DNA of 46,964 nucleotides from a virus. Taxonomy: Duplodnaviria; Caudoviricetes. A program made the translations under genes and the position numbers. A model generated the notes under the pieces. That model ran no database searches. It was given only the letters and a program-made list of their open reading frames with translations, and was not told the DNA's origin. The stretch lies in the IMG/VR virus record IMGVR_UViG_3300011337_000132, positions 1-46,964 of that record; one strand, given 5' to 3'. This document shows, one piece after another, positions 8,304 to 14,268 of this stretch (within the stretch, counting starts at the first letter, position 1; each line of letters opens with the position of its first letter).

Positions 8304-8596
8304 GATCTATCTCCAGTATTAGCAGGACGGACAACGTAATAGCGAGTATGGTTTAAACCCCTTATAAAGGGTACTGAGGGGCGCTTGTCACTGTAGGGTA
8401 CATCCCTACCATCATGGTCAGACTTGCGTCTGTAGTGTACGTGCCTGTCGATTTTTAGGTAGTGTTTATAGACGAGGGCAAGGACTACGTTCTTCGTAAG
8501 ACCAGTCTCCTTACTGATCTTCTCACATGACAGCCCTCGCTTGCGTAACTTGCAGATTGTATCGATAGTCTCTTGACTGTGATTAACCTTTGCCAT
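8300..8596 (-). CDS. HTH protein, GcrA N-terminal-like
   Basis: ETIDTICKLRKRGLSCEKISKETGLTKNVVLALVYK resembles the GcrA HTH pattern (by eye). Confidence 0.55.
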   Translation of the reverse strand: MAKVNHSQETIDTICKLRKRGLSCEKISKETGLTKNVVLALVYKHYLKIDRHVHYRRKSDHDGRDVPYSDKRPSVPFIRGLNHTRYYVVRPANTGDRS

Positions 8597-8790
8597 TATT
8601 CAAAGTACTCCCCTGATACAGGTGTATCTGTTTCAATGTCACTGTCAACAAACTCCCAAGTAAGCGTCGCATGTACAGCCGCTTCTTCCTGTGCAATCTG
8701 AGCAGCTTTATGTCTGTTAGGTGCAATGACTTCGATTGTTGTATGGTAAACCTCAGTCTTCCATACATTTACTTTATATTTAGCAGCCAT
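8596..8790 (-). CDS. Hypothetical protein
   Basis: 64 aa, TAATG coupling to next gene. Confidence 0.7.
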   Translation of the reverse strand: MAAKYKVNVWKTEVYHTTIEVIAPNRHKAAQIAQEEAAVHATLTWEFVDSDIETDTPVSGEYFE

Positions 8791-8792
8791 AC

Positions 8793-9449
8793 TTATGCCA
8801 CCTTATTGACACGATTAACAATGAGATTGATCTTCTTCTTAGGTGTATGCAGTGGATAGACTACCAAAGAAGTAGACTTATCCCAACACGCACGACAAGG
8901 ACCACACTTACCACCGCGAGTATAAGCATCGCACATCTTTCCATTCTGAATTGTATCTGTAACTGACTGGACTACGACAGAGCCATGCTCACTGGTGTAC
9001 TCACCGTGTGTACTGGGTGAGGAGAACCGAACGGATACATTCGGCAACTCTCTGAGCCTATCCAACCAGTATCTAATCTTGGGAATGTTATAGGACTTAC
9101 TTGGTATCCAGTGATTACACCAAGGGGTACGCCTTGCTACCTCATGGATCTTCTGTGCTAGTGGAGCGGTATAGATGTCACCGCTATCGAACCAGCGAAA
9201 CCAACGCTCATTGTCTAGTGCTGCAACCATATCATCAGCCCAATCGGGACGCTTCCAATCCTTACGATTGGATAAGCGAGGGGCCTTGACATTATCCATA
9301 CGATAGAAGCCAGACTTAGCATAGCAATCAGCGCATACCTCGATGACTTCCTTAGTCAAAGGATTAATAGAACCGGGACAAGTATCCCCTGCTTGGAGGG
9401 ACCACGATTTACCCGGCATCTTACTCGCCTTACTAAGCAGGACAGGCAT
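8793..9449 (-). CDS. Gp88-like Cys-rich (putative Fe-S) protein
   Basis: SKMPGKSWSL...CPG...CADCYA...FRWFDSGD...C...CGPCRAC. Confidence 0.75.
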   Translation of the reverse strand: MPVLLSKASKMPGKSWSLQAGDTCPGSINPLTKEVIEVCADCYAKSGFYRMDNVKAPRLSNRKDWKRPDWADDMVAALDNERWFRWFDSGDIYTAPLAQKIHEVARRTPWCNHWIPSKSYNIPKIRYWLDRLRELPNVSVRFSSPSTHGEYTSEHGSVVVQSVTDTIQNGKMCDAYTRGGKCGPCRACWDKSTSLVVYPLHTPKKKINLIVNRVNKVA

Positions 9450-9450
9450 G

Positions 9451-9675
9451 TTATCTTTCTCCTATAAGTTTAACGTCTGCTTCTGTTTCTATCCATAGTT
9501 TAGCACCACATGGACGGGGATTATCAGGGCGGTATACCATAGCAGAGGGACCAAGGATTGCTACCTCCATACAATAACGAACAACTCCGTCCTCTTCTAC
9601 ACGACAGACAGGATCAGAGTTACCTCTCTTTGCATTAGCTTGAATGATGTTACGATTGATATGAATTATCTTCAT
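9451..9675 (-). CDS. Hypothetical phage protein
   Basis: IHINRNII.AN...GPS..VY.PD.P..CGAKLWIET; tandem arrangement. Confidence 0.8.
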   Translation of the reverse strand: MKIIHINRNIIQANAKRGNSDPVCRVEEDGVVRYCMEVAILGPSAMVYRPDNPRPCGAKLWIETEADVKLIGER

Positions 9676-9680
9676 GATAG

Positions 9681-9923
9681 TTAGAACTCCTCCATTGCAT
9701 TGTCAGACCAACCCATTGGTTCCTCATAAATAGACCAGACAATAACTTCCTCAGTTACATCAACGTCTACTTCTGTTTCGTATTGGACATAGACTTTATC
9801 CCACCCACCCATGTTACGGAAGGTATACTTCTTTGCCCAGTCAATAGCTTCCTTCTCAGTCCAGAGTGAGTGCAATAAGCAAGTCTCATCACTGTCTAGA
9901 TCATATCCGTATACGTGATACAT
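9681..9923 (-). CDS. Acidic hypothetical protein
   Basis: GAGG SD before MYHVYGY. Confidence 0.7.
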   Translation of the reverse strand: MYHVYGYDLDSDETCLLHSLWTEKEAIDWAKKYTFRNMGGWDKVYVQYETEVDVDVTEEVIVWSIYEEPMGWSDNAMEEF

Positions 9924-9942
9924 TATTCGTTCCTCATACACA

Positions 9943-10233
9943 TTAGTCAACCTCCTCAATTGGTAGTGCCGATACCATACAAGTTACCCAGTTGTGCAGA
10001 TCCTCTACCGCATAAGCAGCCTCTGATTTTTTATACTTCCTACCAGTGTACTGCTCTGCCATCTTGAGTAACTTAGTGATAGTTACCCCTCTAGTAGGCA
10101 TCATGCCAGTCTTCATCCAAAGCTTGATGCTAACCTTGATCATGTTAACACGATACAATGAGGTCGCATCAGTACCTACGTATGATGTAACCTCACCCCT
10201 ACCCCTGCTATACCTAATAAAGCTATCGCTCAC
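9943..10233 (-). CDS. Hypothetical protein
   Basis: ORF-track 9943..10263; likely GTG start overlapping the upstream stop. Confidence 0.7.
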   Translation of the reverse strand: MSDSFIRYSRGRGEVTSYVGTDATSLYRVNMIKVSIKLWMKTGMMPTRGVTITKLLKMAEQYTGRKYKKSEAAYAVEDLHNWVTCMVSALPIEEVD

Positions 10234-10439
10234 AGTGCTTCTCCCATAATTGCTGCATCCCAACCTAACGTGTACTGACCCTTGTCATAGACAGACATAG
10301 CAGTACCATGACACAACTCAGATACATTCTTCTCGAATGATACCCAGTAGTGAGGGTAAAACTCCTTACCTTCCTTACAGTCAGCATAACCCTGCCCGTA
10401 AGGATCATTCATGTGCTTAATAGATACAAGTTGCATCAT
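10230..10439 (-). CDS. Hypothetical protein
   Basis: ATGA overlap; tandem early gene. Confidence 0.7.
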   Translation of the reverse strand: MMQLVSIKHMNDPYGQGYADCKEGKEFYPHYWVSFEKNVSELCHGTAMSVYDKGQYTLGWDAAIMGEAL

Positions 10440-10645
10440 GTCACCTTCTTGATAAGACCAGCTTCCATGTAGACGTTTGCGAAGAACTCCCTGCCTAAGC
10501 CTGTAATGTGAGGACGATTGGCAACGGTAAGCATACCATCCTGCCTATATTCAGGTCCGAACAGACTTGTTTCGATGTACCGGAGAGGTTTACCTACCTC
10601 CTCCTTAAGTACCTTCTTGCTAGGATACTTTACAACGAGTGTCAT
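10436..10645 (-). CDS. Hypothetical phage protein
   Basis: YPSKK.LKE.VG..L.YIETSLFGPEY; TAATG coupling. Confidence 0.8.
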   Translation of the reverse strand: MTLVVKYPSKKVLKEEVGKPLRYIETSLFGPEYRQDGMLTVANRPHITGLGREFFANVYMEAGLIKKVT

Positions 10646-10821
10646 TACGATACCCTCTCCTTGCTAATCCAATAGACGTTAGGTTCCTCTCGCATAACAT
10701 TCTCAATGAACCCCTTCTCTAGCTCTGCCTTCTTCATGCTAGAACATACCCTACTGATATAAGTAGAACTGTACTTAGAATTAAACCCCATGAGTACATA
10801 GACATACTTGTTGCGTGCCAT
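10645..10821 (-). CDS. Small hypothetical protein (58 aa)
   Basis: Manual translation MARNKYVYVLMGF...; TAATG coupling. Confidence 0.65.
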   Translation of the reverse strand: MARNKYVYVLMGFNSKYSSTYISRVCSSMKKAELEKGFIENVMREEPNVYWISKERVS

Positions 10822-10848
10822 ATTAGTTTACCCTTCTGTTTCAATATG

Positions 10849-11202
10849 TTAGCGATCAGGACCATAGAAGTAGCGCATCTCTGCCCTACGTTCTGACTCA
10901 TACTCTATCTCAGCTTGCACATGTTCTAGATACTTTTTCTCCTGTTCCTCTGTCATCTTACCATGATCTGGCACGACAACCTTGCCACTACCATCGCAGC
11001 AATCGCATACTCTATCATAGTTACCAGCAAAATAGTCTTCTATAAATTCCTCTCCTTGTTCATTTAGTTCATCCCAAGTGTACGAACCAAGGTAAGCAGA
11101 TGATCTACCATCACCACTGCAATGAGAACATATCTCCCACTTATATGGTACTTGGACAAACTTATCTTCTTCCTCTGAGTAGTAACCCGGATACTTTGCC
11201 AT
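10849..11202 (-). CDS. DnaJ-type CxxCxGxG zinc-finger protein
   Basis: CSHCSGDG and CDCCDGSG; AGGA SD before MAKYPG. Confidence 0.75.
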   Translation of the reverse strand: MAKYPGYYSEEEDKFVQVPYKWEICSHCSGDGRSSAYLGSYTWDELNEQGEEFIEDYFAGNYDRVCDCCDGSGKVVVPDHGKMTEEQEKKYLEHVQAEIEYESERRAEMRYFYGPDR

Positions 11203-11203
11203 G

Positions 11204-11572
11204 TTAGTAGTTCCTATAAGAGTTGACAGTAACGCGATAGTGCCACCCATCTTCGTGTTTGTGAAGATACTCAGGCTTCTGTGCTGAGAAAGACCTACAC
11301 CCACAGCAATCATACTCATGATGACAACCCGAATGGGAGAAGGCATCTATTAAAGCCTGATCAATATCATCAAGACGCCCTGCCCCATTTGGGATAACGA
11401 CTACCTCATAGATATGCTTAAGAGGTTCCGTTTCTTCGAAGTCATGATCATCCGTGATCTCCCTCCACTTCTGGGTAGACACTATCTCAAACTCACCAAT
11501 AGCTTTCCACTCGTCTTCATTCCTCCACGTATCAGCGTATACATGAGTAAGCCTAAGCTCTAGCGTTTGCAT
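11204..11572 (-). CDS. Hypothetical protein with CHHEYDCCGC motif
   Basis: 122 aa ORF, SD upstream. Confidence 0.8.
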   Translation of the reverse strand: MQTLELRLTHVYADTWRNEDEWKAIGEFEIVSTQKWREITDDHDFEETEPLKHIYEVVVIPNGAGRLDDIDQALIDAFSHSGCHHEYDCCGCRSFSAQKPEYLHKHEDGWHYRVTVNSYRNY

Positions 11573-11573
11573 G

Positions 11574-11660
11574 TTAGATCCCTTTCCTGCCTTCTATATA
11601 AAGCAGAGTTACGATTGCAACCATAATGCAGTACATACCAGCCGTTAGAAACATTTCCAT
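11574..11660 (-). CDS. 28 aa single-pass membrane peptide
   Basis: MEMFLTAGMYCIMVAIVTLLYIEGRKGI; AGGAG SD. Confidence 0.55.
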   Translation of the reverse strand: MEMFLTAGMYCIMVAIVTLLYIEGRKGI

Positions 11661-11669
11661 TCTGATCTC

Positions 11670-11849
11670 CTAGTTTTCACAGAAGTACAAAGCGACACTC
11701 ACCGCATCTGCATAGTCATCCGTGTAGTAGTCATCGCGGAACCACCCATCGCTACCCGTATCGAAGGTAACCGTGTATTCCCTGTACTTCTCATCAAAGT
11801 AAACGTCAGCTTTCTTCAAACCAAAGTCAAAAGTCTTTATCTTCTTCAT
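11670..11849 (-). CDS. Small acidic/aromatic early protein (59 aa)
   Basis: MKKIKTFDFG...YYTDDYADAV; AGGAG SD. Confidence 0.75.
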   Translation of the reverse strand: MKKIKTFDFGLKKADVYFDEKYREYTVTFDTGSDGWFRDDYYTDDYADAVSVALYFCEN

Positions 11850-12111
11850 GTTAGTTGCTCCTATTAAATTACCTAACAGGCTTTCGCCTAATCTTTACTA
11901 CTTTCCAGCCACTTCGCCGCCTTCTAGGCAACTACCTTCTAGACAATTAAAAAAAAAATAAGAAAATTAAAAGCAGTTTTACTACATGCTTAGGTAGCGT
12001 GAGGGCCTTATGCCGCTACAGCTCAGCTCCCCCACAAAAGAATAGATTTACAAAAGAAATTGATTTCCCATGTGGGAAAAGGACTAGGATTTTATTCTAA
12101 AATTAGGTACG

Positions 12112-12141
12112 AAAAAAGAGGCCACCCTTTCGGATGACCTC
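12112..12141 (-). terminator. Rho-independent terminator
   Basis: GAGGTCATCC-GAAA-GGGTGGCCTC-TTTTTT just after the 12155 stop. Confidence 0.9.
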
Positions 12142-12154
12142 TTGGTGTTTCTAC

Positions 12155-12658
12155 TTAGGCAACTTCCATAAACTTCTCGATAGCCTTGATGATAACACTA
12201 TCAAAAGTTTTGATATTCTTTTCTGTCATACCTAAACGCTTCTTAATGATGTGCTCCACGTAAGAGGGCATTTCCATTTCGTTCAAGTCAACAGACGGGA
12301 TACGCGGCGTTTCCTCAGCTTCCTGAGACTTCGCAAGCTTGTTCGCATGGGCAATGGCCTTCTTCCATGCTGCGTGATCTGAGTAGTTGTGACCAACGGC
12401 AAGCTCTATCGCCTTGCGGGACATGGAACGGTAGTTCGCCAGTGTCTTAGGCATGGGATTTCCTTCCAAGCCCGCATCCCGGTCTGACCAACCGTTCGTG
12501 CGGGCGATGCTTGCCCAAACCATATTGACGTCGGTTCCGTTGCTCTCAGCTTCCCTAAAGGCATGCAACAGCTTGTCGGAGAGTTGCACCATTCCGTTGC
12601 CCTGCGCGACATAGAGCTTGGCAATTTCATTTGCGGCTTTGATATAGTTAATAGACAT
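12155..12658 (-). CDS. First early gene, hypothetical
   Basis: 167 aa, AAGGAAAG SD, own terminator. Confidence 0.85.
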   Translation of the reverse strand: MSINYIKAANEIAKLYVAQGNGMVQLSDKLLHAFREAESNGTDVNMVWASIARTNGWSDRDAGLEGNPMPKTLANYRSMSRKAIELAVGHNYSDHAAWKKAIAHANKLAKSQEAEETPRIPSVDLNEMEMPSYVEHIIKKRLGMTEKNIKTFDSVIIKAIEKFMEVA

Positions 12659-12926
12659 AATGTTTTACTTTCCTTTGTTGATGTTGATTGGACTGATTGG
12701 CCAGTCCCCTAGTTTCCCACATGGGAAAACAGGAAACTAAGGGACTAGCCAAACCAACCCCCGCTTGTCAGACGGTAACGGGTAAAGGCAATTTAGCTAG
12801 TTGGTTTCCATTCTAATCTCAGCTCTTTGGCATCTACGATTAGGCCGGACCTAACAGGCATAGGTCGCCCCGCCCCGATTGGGGTTGGTAAGTCATTTAC
12901 AATGTGAAACAGCAGGTAGTGGCCTC

Positions 12927-12956
12927 ACCTTAAGGGTGGAGCTGGAAACCTGTCAA
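12927..12956 (-). promoter_or_regulatory. Putative early sigma70 promoter
   Basis: TTGACA-N18-TAAGGT facing the early arm. Confidence 0.55.
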
Positions 12957-13010
12957 GGGTGCTACCAGTGCATAAGGGTATGTTTGTTTTGCATGGCTCT
13001 TTCCTTGTGA

Positions 13011-13164
13011 TATCAATGGGTTAAATCTCTACTGGATTAGTGGTGTATTATTTCACTAGTGATGTCCATATTGGGAATATCTTTATTCCTATGGTTCACT
13101 AACAGTTGTCCTGGGTGTTTCTAGGAATAGAAGAACAATCCCCATGTGGTCTAACCCATTGATA
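13011..13164. promoter_or_regulatory. Inverted pair of IHF-consensus sites (13011-13023, 13152-13164)
   Basis: TATCAATGGGTTA on both strands = WATCAANNNNTTR. Confidence 0.6.
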
Positions 13165-13519
13165 TTCCTCGGTATGTTTATGCTTGACAGGAATGTATAC
13201 CCATCGGGCTTTGACCCCATGCTAGGTATGTAGTCCTAGGAAATCCGTAGGATTATATTCCGTCCATGCGACAGAAGGTAGCAGCTTTTATTCCTAACCT
13301 GTGAATATATTCCTAGTGCTTCCCCTTGAATAGGATTATAGTCCTAGCATAAGATTAAACGGGTGGGAGGGGGGTTTAACTACCCCCTATCCCCCTAAAT
13401 CACACCATGAATTTTTCTCAGAAAAATTTCTAGCAACCGGCTTACCCTTAAGTAAGGTTGATATACTGTGGTATTAATATCACACAAGGAGTTTATTTAG
13501 CCTTTAGGCATGTTTATTC

Positions 13520-13548
13520 TTGACTGGGAGCGGGGGATTAAACATAAT
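13520..13548 (+). promoter_or_regulatory. Sigma70 promoter (late arm, upstream)
   Basis: TTGACT-N17-CATAAT. Confidence 0.6.
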
Positions 13549-13551
13549 CTC

Positions 13552-13580
13552 TTGACTCCCGATTCAGCATATGTTATAAT
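13552..13580 (+). promoter_or_regulatory. Sigma70 promoter (late arm)
   Basis: TTGACT-N17-TATAAT with TGn extension. Confidence 0.8.
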
Positions 13581-13794
13581 AACCATATGTTAAACCGGGG
13601 GGATTAAACTTAAGTTAGACTAGTCATAGTCTGGGGTAAGAAAATCTTATAGGTTTCTTCTACTAAAGGTTATAACTAATAGTTAAACCATAGATTAATC
13701 TCTAACTTACGTAGAGTTAAACCTATGGTAGGTAAACCAAACTTAATCTTTTATTTGTGTCTTCTTAACTAACGTAGTCTATTAAAGGGTCCGA

Positions 13795-14262
13795 ATGCCT
13801 CTTTACGCTGTGACAGGTGCGCTTAACGTAGTTGTAAATGATACCTCAGTTAGTCGAGGTCTTTACGCTGCATCTGGTGCTATGCGTGTATCCCTTGTCG
13901 CAGGGACTTCTTATACTGGTCTATACGCCCCGGATGGTTCAATTAACGTCTGCATTGATAGCACTGGCCTTGGTAAGTATCACCCCTCTGGGGCATTGCG
14001 TGGGGTAACCCAGACAGTCCTTACTACAGCAACGGGATTGTATGCTCCGACTGGTGCTACTTTTATGGTTGGTCTTCTGACTTCCTCTGAACTCCTTCTC
14101 TATAATGATTGGGCTGGCTTCAGTATTGATTTCGTCTCTAATGATTACACTATGAAGAACGCAAGTGGGGCTGAACAGTTGACTGGTATTACTCCGAATA
14201 CAATTGAGTCTGCGGTCTTTGCGACTGACTTTACTGATAACTCTTATTCATTGAGGTATTAA
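13795..14262 (+). CDS. Hypothetical, probably tail-fibre associated
   Basis: Repeated GLYA(P/A)xG motifs; precedes fibre gene. Confidence 0.7.
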   Translation: MPLYAVTGALNVVVNDTSVSRGLYAASGAMRVSLVAGTSYTGLYAPDGSINVCIDSTGLGKYHPSGALRGVTQTVLTTATGLYAPTGATFMVGLLTSSELLLYNDWAGFSIDFVSNDYTMKNASGAEQLTGITPNTIESAVFATDFTDNSYSLRY

Positions 14263-14268
14263 TTTAAT

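Noticed and set aside
13184-13212. TTGACA on the plus strand as a promoter
   Set aside because: No acceptable -10 hexamer at 16-18 nt spacing.
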